Positions 8,119 to 16,685 of a DNA stretch of 59,955 nucleotides are shown here, piece after piece. The position numbers were made by a program, and so were the translations under genes. The stretch is taken from the IMG/VR virus record IMGVR_UViG_3300008255_000107; one strand, 5' to 3'. Under the pieces are notes generated by a model. It worked only from the letters and a program-made list of their open reading frames with translations. It made no database searches and had not been told where the DNA came from. This stretch comes from a virus. Lineage: Duplodnaviria; Heunggongvirae; Uroviricota; Caudoviricetes. Positions within the stretch are counted from its first letter, which is position 1. Each line of letters starts with the position of its first letter.

Positions 8119-8205
8119 GGGGTCATAGTGTAATGGCAAACCTGCTTGACGCAGGCAGCACAACCCCATGCGGGGTAAGAGGGAGTTCGATTCTTCCTGA
8201 TCCCA
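8119..8205 (+). ncRNA. Atypical tRNA-like RNA (UGA anticodon, long variable region)
   Basis: Acceptor GGGGTCA/TGATCCC; T arm GGGAG-TTCGATT-CTTCC; CCTG-CTTGACG-CAGG; extra hairpin CCCC-ATGC-GGGG. Confidence 0.55.
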
Positions 8206-8212
8206 TCTGTCG

Positions 8213-9061
8213 CTATTTCTTTTCGGGGGGATTCGCCTTTAGGTATCGTTTGCGAATAGCGTTGTCGGATACACCCAGTAGCCTTCCAGCTGCTGCGTAG
8301 GATAACTCTCCTTTGTGAACACGCCTGAGAACACCTTCTACAGCCACAGCGTCCACTTTGGTATTCTTATCCTTACGTCTATTGCTGCACAGCGTGTCGC
8401 AAAACTTCTGCCCACTGTGTGCTGGAGTGAAGAACTCCAGGCACGTTGGGCACTTACGACGAGAACGAGCGAGACTGTTGAGGACGCTACCCCTCTTGAT
8501 GGGTAGGGATGCACGGACCTCTTCTGTTATCTCTCTGGACCAGATTTCCCACGGCTCGAAGAGACGAGGCAGTGTGTCTTGCACACGTTCTTTTTTGACG
8601 ATTACTTGGGACACCCCCAAGTACTTCTTCGAAAACCTGGAGCAATCTCTGCAGCAGTAGGAAGCATGTCCTCCCCGTGCTAAGAAAGATTTACTGTACT
8701 CGATGGTGAACTCATTCTTACAATGAGGGCAGATCAAGGTAACTGTTTTCTTCATGGCCAAGCGGGTAGGGTCGTTAAGAGTCTTCTCTTTGTGCTCCTC
8801 TTTGGTCAGTACCACAAGGTTAGCGACAGTGTCGTTCAACTTGTTACCGTCCACGTGGTCCACCTCTGCATCAGCTGGGACCAGTTGCTTGGACCTTACG
8901 GACATTAGGTAGCGGGCATAAGTCATTGTAGTAGAGGTCTTTTCCAGACCACCGCCAAGAAGGCTTATCTTTAATCGGTTGTCTTGCTTGGATAGGTAAG
9001 GCCCAGAGGACCAGAACTGTTCGTAGGGCGGCAAGCACGCCCGGTATTCTTTATTTGCCAT
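8213..9061 (-). CDS. Free-standing HNH homing endonuclease
   Basis: VDHVDGNKLNDTVANL HNH motif, Cys clusters, C-terminal HTH (SYAAAGRLLGVSDNAIRKR). Confidence 0.85.
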   Translation of the reverse strand: MANKEYRACLPPYEQFWSSGPYLSKQDNRLKISLLGGGLEKTSTTMTYARYLMSVRSKQLVPADAEVDHVDGNKLNDTVANLVVLTKEEHKEKTLNDPTRLAMKKTVTLICPHCKNEFTIEYSKSFLARGGHASYCCRDCSRFSKKYLGVSQVIVKKERVQDTLPRLFEPWEIWSREITEEVRASLPIKRGSVLNSLARSRRKCPTCLEFFTPAHSGQKFCDTLCSNRRKDKNTKVDAVAVEGVLRRVHKGELSYAAAGRLLGVSDNAIRKRYLKANPPEKK

Positions 9062-9105
9062 GTCTTTCTCAAAACTTATGAGGAGAGTATGGTTCGGGTA
9101 TTTTT

Positions 9106-9178
9106 GGAGCTATAGCTCAATTGGTAGAGCATCCGGTTGTCAGCCGGAAGGTTGGGGGTTCAAACCCCCCTAGTTCCG
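9106..9178 (+). tRNA. tRNA-Asp(GUC)
   Basis: TCCGG-TTGTCAG-CCGGA. Confidence 0.92.
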
Positions 9179-9215
9179 TTAACTTTTGAAAAAAGCAGGA
9201 TAGGTCATATTTGCA

Positions 9216-9291
9216 GGGGGCGTAGCTCAGCTGGAATAAGAGAATCGGTTTCCGAAACTGAAGGTCGGGAGTTCGAGCCTCTCCGCTCCCA
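9216..9291 (+). tRNA. tRNA-Arg(CCG)
   Basis: TCGGT-TTCCGAA-ACTGA. Confidence 0.88.
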
Positions 9292-9361
9292 TCTTTTTGT
9301 TTAAAAATAAAAAGACCTTTCGTACATTACTTGTTCTGTTTATGAAACCACAAGGTGACTT

Positions 9362-9604
9362 ATGAGATTATGCAAAGTTACGGGTAAGGAATTATCCGAG
9401 GAAAAAGTTTACTCCCAGGCGGATGTATCCGATTTTATGGCCAAGTTCTTCAAGAGGGCCCTAAGCGGTGATAGTCTGTCAGGAGGTACCCCCTGGGGTC
9501 CAGAGGAAAACAAAAGGCTTTACATAGCAGTGTTCTCTCTATTGGACAGTGACTATGGTATCGATAGCCCCCGTGTACCACCTGGACTGGGGCTAAGGAA
9601 TTAG
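9362..9604 (+). CDS. Hypothetical protein
   Basis: 80 aa, RBS aaggtg. Confidence 0.6.
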   Translation: MRLCKVTGKELSEEKVYSQADVSDFMAKFFKRALSGDSLSGGTPWGPEENKRLYIAVFSLLDSDYGIDSPRVPPGLGLRN

Positions 9605-9624
9605 AAGTAGATTAAGAGGAGTAT

Positions 9625-9698
9625 ACCCCCGTAGCTCAACTGGATAGAGCAATCCCCTTCTAAGGGATAGGTTCCAGGTTCGAGCCCTGGCGGGGGTA
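9625..9698 (+). tRNA. tRNA-Arg(UCU)
   Basis: ATCCC-CTTCTAA-GGGAT. Confidence 0.93.
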
Positions 9699-9713
9699 CT
9701 GTTTGAAAAGCAT

Positions 9714-9787
9714 CGCGGGATAGAGCAGATGGTCAGCTCGCAGGGTTCATATCCCTGAGGTCACAGGTTCGAATCCTGTTCCCGCTA
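9714..9787 (+). tRNA. tRNA-fMet(CAU)
   Basis: Loop TTCATAT; unpaired 1:72; GGG/CCC in anticodon stem. Confidence 0.88.
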
Positions 9788-9846
9788 TTTTTTAATGGGT
9801 ACCCAACCCCGGCGTGACAGCAAACCAAAACACAAAGGAGCATAAC

Positions 9847-10927
9847 ATGCTTGAATTACAAGGCTCGTTGAATAAGGCCATTGTGTATGCTGATCACGTA
9901 GATTCAGCATCCATGTCCCAGATCATTGAGATGGTGAACCACCCTGCCTTCGAGGGGAAGAAAGTACGCATCATGCCTGACGTGCATGCTGGTAAGGGGT
10001 CAGTGATTGGATTCACTTCCGAGATAAGCGATAAGGTGATCGCCAACGTGGTCGGAGTAGACATCGGCTGCGGAGTACGCTTGGACGGTATCTCCTCCAC
10101 CACCGAGTGGTCTTTTAAGGAATTGGACGACGTGATCCGTGATCGCAGCCCCTACGGCACTCGTGTCCGTGACCGAGTGTCCCGGTTCCTGAAGGATCCT
10201 CATAGTGAGGCAGGTAAGGCTTACGCCAAGCTTAAGCCCCGCATCGAGGAAGTGTGCGAAGGCACTGAGCAAGAACTTGATAGGGTGCTGTGCTCCATCG
10301 GATCTCTAGGCGGCGGGAACCATTACGTTGAAGATAGCCAACCACCATCAGCATAAGGCCATCGATGCCAACCATAAGCGCCAGGGCTTCTCCAAGGAGC
10401 TTTCCTGGTTGGAAGGTGATATGGCCCAGGCTTACCTAAGGGACATGGATGTAGCCCAGCGCATGGCTCAGCTTAGCCGATTGGTCATGTACCTTGAGGT
10501 GGCGGACGGTATGGGTTGGGGCACTGAGGGCGTGGAGCACATCGAGTGCATACACAACTACATCGATCTGCGGAACGGTTACATCCGAAAGGGTGCTATC
10601 TCGGCTCAGAAGGGTGAGAGAGTGGTAATACCCATTTCCATGTCCGAAGGCGTTATAGTGGGTACTGGCCTGGGTAACCCTGACTGGAACTACTCTGCTC
10701 TCCACGGTGCAGGACGCCTCATGTCTCGAAGCAAGGCCAAGGGTACTTTGTCTATGGATGAGTACCGTATGCGGATGAGCGATGTGTGGTCCACCTGTGT
10801 GTCCACTGCTACTTTGGATGAGGCTCCTATGGCTTACAAGGGCCTGGAGTACATCCTAGGCAGCATAAGCCCCACTGTGGATGTTACCGCTGTCGTGAAG
10901 CCTGTATACAACTTCAAGGCTTCTTAG
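9847..10927 (+). pseudogene. rtcB: RtcB RNA ligase, split by a frameshifting deletion
   Basis: MPDVHAG, VGVDIGCG, GSLGGGNH in one frame; HNY, RKGA, HGAGR, DEAPMAYK in another; HSGSR segment absent. Confidence 0.85.
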
Positions 10928-11052
10928 CTTATTGCTCCTTCCACGATCGAAGTGGTTGGGTGGTTGGGTGGGTGCCGTCCGCGACCCCACAGGGAGCTCT
11001 TTTTAGTAGCCGGTCCAATCCCGGCGGTAAGGATCCTAACAGATTCATACTA

Positions 11053-11094
11053 GGTCCAAAATGGAGGTCGCCGGTTCGATCCCGGTCACAGGTA
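11053..11094 (+). ncRNA. Orphan tRNA 3' half
   Basis: GGTCCAA-AATGG-AGGTC-GCCGG-TTCGATC-CCGGT-CACAGGT-A with no matching 5' half upstream. Confidence 0.7.
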
Positions 11095-11164
11095 TCTTTA
11101 ACCCAAACCCGTATAGCGGCCGTAGCTGCGGGGCGTCCTTCGCGGGGTCGTACGGGGTGAAGGA

Positions 11165-11197
11165 ATCTGTGTAGCTCAGTGGTAGAGCGCCATTGGT
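11165..11197 (+). ncRNA. Orphan tRNA 5' half, complementary to the upstream 3' half
   Basis: ATCTGTG-TA-GCTC-AGTGGTA-GAGC-G-CCATT-GGT then a T run. Confidence 0.7.
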
Positions 11198-11201
11198 TTT
11201 T

Positions 11202-11300
11202 GCCTGACTATCTCAGTGGTAGAGTTCCCAGGGATACGGTTCGAGTCCGTGCGGTTTGGTAACCCCAGGGAGGTGCCGTGTTCGATTCACGGGTCAGGTG
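11202..11300 (+). ncRNA. tRNA-like RNA with a second T-arm hairpin in the anticodon region
   Basis: Acceptor GCCTGAC/GTCAGGT, D arm, terminal T arm CCGTG-TTCGATT-CACGG, internal TACGG-TTCGAGT-CCGTG. Confidence 0.6.
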
Positions 11301-11310
11301 TGTTTTCGTA

Positions 11311-11383
11311 CCCTCGGTCGTCCAGTGGTCTAGGACTCCTGCTTGTGGAGCAGGTAACTCGGGTTCGAATCCCGGCCGGAGGA
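11311..11383 (+). tRNA. tRNA-His(GUG)
   Basis: CCTGC-TTGTGGA-GCAGG. Confidence 0.85.
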
Positions 11384-11413
11384 TAAGTTCCACTTTTTGG
11401 AACATCAAGACTT

Positions 11414-11488
11414 AGTCGTATGGCTCAATCTGGTTAGAGCACCGCTCTGATACGGCGGGGATTCCTGGTTCAAGTCCAGGTGCGACTA
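11414..11488 (+). tRNA. tRNA-Ile(GAU)
   Basis: CCGCT-CTGATAC-GGCGG. Confidence 0.9.
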
Positions 11489-11490
11489 TT

Positions 11491-11565
11491 CGCGGGGTAG
11501 AGCAGTCAGGTAGCTCGTCAGCTTCATAAGCTGAAGGTCGGGGCGTTCAAATCCCCCTCCCGCTT
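11491..11565 (+). tRNA. tRNA-Met(CAU), initiator-like
   Basis: TCAGC-TTCATAA-GCTGA; 5' CGCGGGG; slightly irregular T stem. Confidence 0.8.
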
Positions 11566-11570
11566 TAATT

Positions 11571-11644
11571 GCCTCAATAATTCAATTGGCTAGAATGTCT
11601 GCCTTCCAAGCAGATCGTTTCCGGTTCGAACCCGGATTGGGGCT
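11571..11644 (+). tRNA. tRNA-Gly(UCC)
   Basis: TCTGC-CTTCCAA-GCAGA. Confidence 0.9.
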
Positions 11645-11654
11645 CTACACTATC

Positions 11655-11729
11655 GCACCATTAGCTCAATTGGTTTAGAGCGTAACCTTGCCAAGGTTAA
11701 GGTTGCCGGTTCGAGTCCGGCATGGTGCT
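11655..11729 (+). tRNA. tRNA-Gly(GCC)
   Basis: TAACC-TTGCCAA-GGTTA. Confidence 0.92.
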
Positions 11730-11737
11730 TTATTTTT

Positions 11738-11813
11738 GCCCGCGTAGCTCAATTGGAATTAGAGCACAGCGCTACGAACGCTGAGGTTGTAGGTTCGATC
11801 CCTGCCGTGGGTA
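11738..11813 (+). tRNA. tRNA-Arg(ACG)
   Basis: CAGCG-CTACGAA-CGCTG. Confidence 0.92.
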
Positions 11814-11928
11814 CTTTTTAGTTTAAAAAGTGGTTGGTCCTTTATATAATGTAGGGCACCTTGTAGGTATTCGCGTCAACCGTATGGGCCCCGTGAGGAT
11901 ATTCTGCAAGCACGCTAGGGAATGCAGC

Positions 11929-12477
11929 ATGCTCTACAAGATAACAGAGAGAAGGGAAGGCGGCAAGCTGGAGCACATAACCAGCAGCCGTTCGTTCAAC
12001 GAATTGGAAATACTGGCAGAAGAACTGGAGTGTGTGCATGCCTGGCTAGATCTCAGGAAGGCTCCAACCCATGACGACCAGGGCAACTCCTACAGCACAG
12101 TTGGTAGGATGGAGTGTCTCCTTGAGAAAAAGGGTACCGCTGTACCCGATCATAAAAAGGTTTCCCTGAAAGATTTTGATTCCCTCCTAGGTTCCCTGAA
12201 GTACGCGAGGGAGCACTTGGTTTACCTGTTGACGGAGGTGGAGGATGGCTACTATCGTAGATGCGAAACGATGGAGCTAGCCACCCATTTCTATCTGGGA
12301 AGTCCGTCAGGCACCATACGGCATTTGAGGGAACTCCCCAAGGACCCCGTTATAGGATCGTGGAAGGAGTGGCTTACGGAAGAGGCGCTACCCCCAGTGG
12401 AGTCTCCCGCATTGAGAGAGACAAGAGGTGCCGATTTAACGGGTACAAGCAGTGAACCTTACGGACAGGAGACTTGA
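11929..12477 (+). CDS. Hypothetical protein
   Basis: Track ORF 11830-12477; internal ATG 11929 is my preferred start. Confidence 0.55.
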   Translation: MLYKITERREGGKLEHITSSRSFNELEILAEELECVHAWLDLRKAPTHDDQGNSYSTVGRMECLLEKKGTAVPDHKKVSLKDFDSLLGSLKYAREHLVYLLTEVEDGYYRRCETMELATHFYLGSPSGTIRHLRELPKDPVIGSWKEWLTEEALPPVESPALRETRGADLTGTSSEPYGQET

Positions 12478-12479
12478 GT

Positions 12480-13181
12480 ATGGCATACGTACTAAAACCC
12501 GCAAGTGCTCTATTTTGGGATCGCTTTGAAGCGGTCGTAACACCCCGGGATTCGGACAGGCCCCTCAGGGTAGAATTTAAAATTACCGAACGGGAAGACG
12601 GGTTTAGGGTAGTATACATAGAGGGTTATGTCAGGTTCGACGGCCTCATGGAGACCCGTACCTGCACACTGCAGACTAGCACCGTACAGGAAAGAGAGTG
12701 TGTGAATCAGCTAATCATGCAGGCCTATAGAAGAGCCTTTGAAATTTTTAAGGCCAGCGGAACCCTGTCAGGTCTCTGGGGTTTTGGTACTCCGGGTGAG
12801 GAGGTCTCTGTGCTCGTGGAGGCGCATCCCGAGGAAATGGTGCCTGAGGTTAAGAAGGGAGTCCAGATCATAGCGGAGGAGAGACAGAGGCACATGGATG
12901 TCCGCGGATGGGATTCCTCCCACGACGACGACCCCAATCATGAAAATGGGGAGATGGCCGCAGTTGCCGCCCTATACGCCGTGCCCCACCATGGGAAGTA
13001 CGGCATAAACGCAGATCTGGTAGAGCGCCTATACCCCAAGAATTGGCATGTGAGATGGTGGAACCCTGGCCCTGCTGGATCGGGGGTGGATGGAACTATT
13101 AAGGACTTGGCCAAAGCGGGAGCCCTGATAGCTGCCGAGATCGATCGTCTCAACCGAAGGTACAAAAAGTGCATTGGCTAG
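12480..13181 (+). CDS. Hypothetical protein with common phage C-terminal domain
   Basis: IAEERQR..GW...HDD...GEMAAVAALYA...DLAKAGALIAAEIDRL. Confidence 0.75.
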   Translation: MAYVLKPASALFWDRFEAVVTPRDSDRPLRVEFKITEREDGFRVVYIEGYVRFDGLMETRTCTLQTSTVQERECVNQLIMQAYRRAFEIFKASGTLSGLWGFGTPGEEVSVLVEAHPEEMVPEVKKGVQIIAEERQRHMDVRGWDSSHDDDPNHENGEMAAVAALYAVPHHGKYGINADLVERLYPKNWHVRWWNPGPAGSGVDGTIKDLAKAGALIAAEIDRLNRRYKKCIG

Positions 13182-14038
13182 TACACAATAAGTTTGACCA
13201 TGACCCTAAGGTCAGGGATTTGATTGAGAACCTTCGTAGGCTGGGTGTGGGGTACACACGTGCTTCCGTCGTACCGTTTAGCACGGAAGGTTTCCTATTT
13301 GAGAAGCCCGTGGACGAGGAAGCATCCCGCGCCGGAGGGGGCCATTACACTACGGTAGCCAACATAGCAGGGCAACTCTTTGTGACAACGCCGGACGAGC
13401 TCGCAGGGGAGAGGGTATTCACTTACGGTTCGTACACTATGGCAAACAACGCCTCGCGTGTGTTCAACCCAGGTGCATTCATCAGCCCTGATATCTCCAT
13501 GGTCTCCCTTACCGAACACTACGGTAAGGAAATGCTAAACCACGACATGGTTGTGGGTAAGATCCGGGATTTGGAACCTGACATGGATATGTTCTTCATT
13601 AGACCGGTGGAGGACACTAAGTCTATTGTGGGGGAAGAGTACACCAAGGTTTACTACCAGGAATGGAAAAGAAGAATAATGGAAGCGGGGTATAGCGACT
13701 CCCCCACGTACGCTTCGGTCACCCCTGACACACTCATTTGTGTGGCCCCGTGTAAGCAGATTGACGCGGAGTACCGTTGTTTCGTGGTTAACGGAAAGGT
13801 GGCCACGGCTTCCCAGTATAAGATGAGAAGGATACCGTACTTTAGTTCTCATGTGGATAGCTATATTCTTGACTACGTGAACGATTTGGTCAGCCACTGG
13901 CAGCCCGATAAAGCTTTTGTTCTAGATGTGGCACTATCCCATGGTAACCTTAGCGTGATAGAAGCCAACTGCATTAACTCCTCAGGCCTTTACGAAATCG
14001 ATACTCAGAAATTGATTACGGCTGTGGATGAACTTTAA
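13169..14038 (+). CDS. ATP-grasp protein (DUF4343/R2K-like)
   Basis: FFIRP, EYRCFVVNGKVATASQY, FVLDV, IEANCINSSGLY. Confidence 0.8.
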   Translation: MHWLVHNKFDHDPKVRDLIENLRRLGVGYTRASVVPFSTEGFLFEKPVDEEASRAGGGHYTTVANIAGQLFVTTPDELAGERVFTYGSYTMANNASRVFNPGAFISPDISMVSLTEHYGKEMLNHDMVVGKIRDLEPDMDMFFIRPVEDTKSIVGEEYTKVYYQEWKRRIMEAGYSDSPTYASVTPDTLICVAPCKQIDAEYRCFVVNGKVATASQYKMRRIPYFSSHVDSYILDYVNDLVSHWQPDKAFVLDVALSHGNLSVIEANCINSSGLYEIDTQKLITAVDEL

Positions 14039-14058
14039 TTTCTCTTAGGAGCTAAACA

Positions 14059-14730
14059 GTGCCCGTAAAAATCATAGAAGGAAATTTCGAACTGGAATTG
14101 CACTGCCCCCATGATTACTCTTCTCGATGGGTGGAAGACGGAGTAATTTACGCTGGTAAAGGAAAACCCTTTGACGGGCACCCAGTGACATCCTTTAATG
14201 GGGTTGACGGATGGCTTTCTCCATGGGACATAAAAACCTTATGGGACCTAGCCCAGACCCATGTACCGTACGGAGGGTCTTACCTGGAAGTGGGGTCATA
14301 CTTGGGCCTGTCCTCTTCCGTGGTGCACAGTGCCTTGAGGTACGGTGGGAACGATAAGTACCTCATGCACTTGGTGGATAACCTGTCGTGCACCCAAATG
14401 GGGTACGCTGTGGATTTTTGGAACAACGTATACCGGTCAGGGGTGCATGAGCACATGTGCCTGTACCCTCACGACTCGCACAAAGCCCTGGGACTGATGA
14501 ATTCCCAATTCAATATGATCTTCCTCGACGGGGATCACCAATACAGTCACGTGCTAAAGGATATTGAGCTATCTTCTGAAAGGTTAGCTCCCGGCGGTGT
14601 CCTATGCGGACACGACTACCGCCACGACCACCCGGGTGTTGTGGCTGCAGTGGGTGAGTATTTCAGCGGGAAAGGGATAGAATTTCACGTAGGCGACGGC
14701 AGCGCCGTGTGGTATGCTGTGCTTGGGTAG
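14059..14730 (+). CDS. Class I SAM methyltransferase (Methyltransf_24-like)
   Basis: LEVGSYLG, IFLDGDHQY, PGGVLCGHDY. Confidence 0.85.
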   Translation: MPVKIIEGNFELELHCPHDYSSRWVEDGVIYAGKGKPFDGHPVTSFNGVDGWLSPWDIKTLWDLAQTHVPYGGSYLEVGSYLGLSSSVVHSALRYGGNDKYLMHLVDNLSCTQMGYAVDFWNNVYRSGVHEHMCLYPHDSHKALGLMNSQFNMIFLDGDHQYSHVLKDIELSSERLAPGGVLCGHDYRHDHPGVVAAVGEYFSGKGIEFHVGDGSAVWYAVLG

Positions 14731-14735
14731 GTACG

Positions 14736-15203
14736 CTATCGGGAATCTTCGGTAAGGGCGTGTTCGGACCAAAACCTCCGGGCCGCTTCAAGATCTCTGA
14801 CCCTAGGGTCGTTTACTTCTTGACATGCCTCAGGTCCTCCGTAGATGGTGTAGAGTACACACGGGTGCTCTTCCGAAGGTCCGCACACGACGGTAACCCT
14901 ATCCGTCGATCGCAGGGGCTTACCAGGAATTATACGTGATGGGTATTCCCTTGGGGGCCTGTTGGCGTACACTACATCTCTTTCCTCTACGGGAGGGTCC
15001 CCTGACGCGGGACCGTACAGACCGCTATCAGCCGGTACTGGTGCCCCTCGTAGAGTAATGACGTAAGCCGGCCCTTGCTTAACCCAGCTCGATATGGGCG
15101 CGGACTCTGGCGATCTCAGATGAGACAAAGCCCAATCCAGATTCTCAGCCATGCCTCCGTGGACATGTGAGTCTGGCTGCACCTTAATGTTTAGACTTTC
15201 CAC
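14736..15203 (-). CDS. Hypothetical protein, paralog of 32682-33137
   Basis: Shared LYGP..GD.P..E..V.Y and YGGP...DPRVRDLE...FWS.HAL. Confidence 0.75.
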   Translation of the reverse strand: MESLNIKVQPDSHVHGGMAENLDWALSHLRSPESAPISSWVKQGPAYVITLRGAPVPADSGLYGPASGDPPVEERDVVYANRPPREYPSRIIPGKPLRSTDRVTVVCGPSEEHPCVLYTIYGGPEACQEVNDPRVRDLEAARRFWSEHALTEDSR

Positions 15204-15306
15204 GGCCGCTATCCTAATTTTTTATTTCAGGGGTCTGTTAAATTTGTGGGGTCGCTATGGTATAGTGTTCTAAAGATACAAAACAAGGACAAAACAAGGA
15301 CCAACC

Positions 15307-15612
15307 ATGGAACACCAAGCACAACTTTTAAAAGAGATAGTCAGTCTCCTGAATGAGCTTCACAAGATGGACCCCGAGTTTACTAGGAATTTGGTGGGTA
15401 CCCGTTTCCTTTGTAACGAAGCGGTGGCTAATCACCCCAGCGTACAGGTGGGGCTGCCACCCGTAGGGCAAGATGGCTTCAGGGCAGGGGTACTTGGGGT
15501 ACTGAACGGTTTACTGCCCGACATAACCTCTAGGGTATGCGCCTTATATGACGATGACAATGGCGACAAATTGTTAGGATTTGACGTGTGGACACCAGAG
15601 GTAGAACAATGA
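15307..15612 (+). CDS. Hypothetical protein
   Basis: 101 aa, RBS aagga. Confidence 0.7.
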   Translation: MEHQAQLLKEIVSLLNELHKMDPEFTRNLVGTRFLCNEAVANHPSVQVGLPPVGQDGFRAGVLGVLNGLLPDITSRVCALYDDDNGDKLLGFDVWTPEVEQ

Positions 15613-15992
15613 CTGCTAAGGTGTACGACGTAAATTTCAGGATGAAGGTCGAGTGCAACGAACCCTTCATACCCCCTCAGGTTCTAAAGGACCTCCTGGT
15701 ATTGTTGGTGGAGATGACGGGAGACTACTCGGAAGTCACGCAAGCCGACGTAGTCACACCTGCGGAGGATATCAGGGTTACTGAGTTGTCCCCCGAGTAC
15801 ATCGAGGAAGAAGCGGCCGTTGAAGAGGTGTTCGCTAAGGCCCTATTCGCTCGTACGGACCCATATCACGCTGTGGCTGAACATCTATACCCTGGGCATG
15901 GGGACAATCCTGCTTTCCCAGGCAGAGTGGCAGCTAAGCAAAGGTGCCTGTCATTCATCCACAAACCTAGATACCAGGAATACCTGGGGTAA
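15609..15992 (+). CDS. Hypothetical protein
   Basis: ATGA overlap with previous stop. Confidence 0.6.
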   Translation: MTAKVYDVNFRMKVECNEPFIPPQVLKDLLVLLVEMTGDYSEVTQADVVTPAEDIRVTELSPEYIEEEAAVEEVFAKALFARTDPYHAVAEHLYPGHGDNPAFPGRVAAKQRCLSFIHKPRYQEYLG

Positions 15993-16005
15993 CGACAGGC
16001 TCACC

Positions 16006-16197
16006 ATGACTCCTGGTGAAAGATTCGAAAAGGAACAACGGGAAATCAAAGAAGAGATAGCCCGGCACCAATGGTTGGAGTCTGAGAAGGCGGGTAAGAA
16101 CATAGGTGTTCGAGCCCGTGTCGATTGGATAGTGAACATGTTCCCCAAGTGGATCGCTCACAAGAGGGCAGAGGCCAGACGCAAAGAAGTTAAGTAG
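16006..16197 (+). CDS. Small protein, DUF4032-like motif
   Basis: EIARHQWLESEKAGKNIG....DW. Confidence 0.55.
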   Translation: MTPGERFEKEQREIKEEIARHQWLESEKAGKNIGVRARVDWIVNMFPKWIAHKRAEARRKEVK

Positions 16198-16364
16198 GGT
16201 ACTTGTCGATCCAAGCCCTTGTTTGTATATTTTTGTTTATGAAAAAGTTGTACACAAAATACTAGGTAGCACTCCAGGTTTTCAAACCTCCGTAAAGCTT
16301 TTACATCTCCGCTGTTATTACCAACGAAGAATCGTAAAAAGCCAAACAACAAATAGGTTTAACC

Positions 16365-16685
16365 ATGGCTAAGTATTCCGAATTCAAGCAAGAGCTAAAG
16401 GCACTTGCGTCCAAAATCCGTTCAGACAAGTCATCCTTCAGAAAATCCCAAAGTATAGGTAAAGCCACCTATAGTATGGGGCATGAACTTATGTCCGAAC
16501 GAATCGACTTCCGTCACCAGCACATCGCCTACTGCCTGCTCCGAGGCAGAACCTACGAACAGATAGAACCCAAGGTTGCTCCTGGCAACGAGCCTATGAT
16601 GGCTAGGGTTTATGCTATCATGGACAAACGTAGGATAGTTACCGAAGAGGCCAGCGATGCTGAAGCTGTTTGTGCTGGTTCGTAA
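16365..16685 (+). CDS. Phage-type hypothetical protein
   Basis: RHQHIAYCLLRGRTYEQIE motif. Confidence 0.7.
   Translation: MAKYSEFKQELKALASKIRSDKSSFRKSQSIGKATYSMGHELMSERIDFRHQHIAYCLLRGRTYEQIEPKVAPGNEPMMARVYAIMDKRRIVTEEASDAEAVCAGS

Noticed and set aside
10328-10356. Programmed ribosomal frameshift in rtcB
   Set aside because: Even with a shift the conserved HSGSR segment is missing, and no slippery heptamer is present.
10934-11200. Group I or group II intron flanking the tRNA halves
   Set aside because: I could not find P7/G-binding or domain V motifs by eye; a cmscan run would be needed to exclude it fully.
10934-11300. Two-piece (permuted) tmRNA
   Set aside because: No G3:U70 alanine pair, the 5' half has a full D stem, and no tag reading frame is evident.
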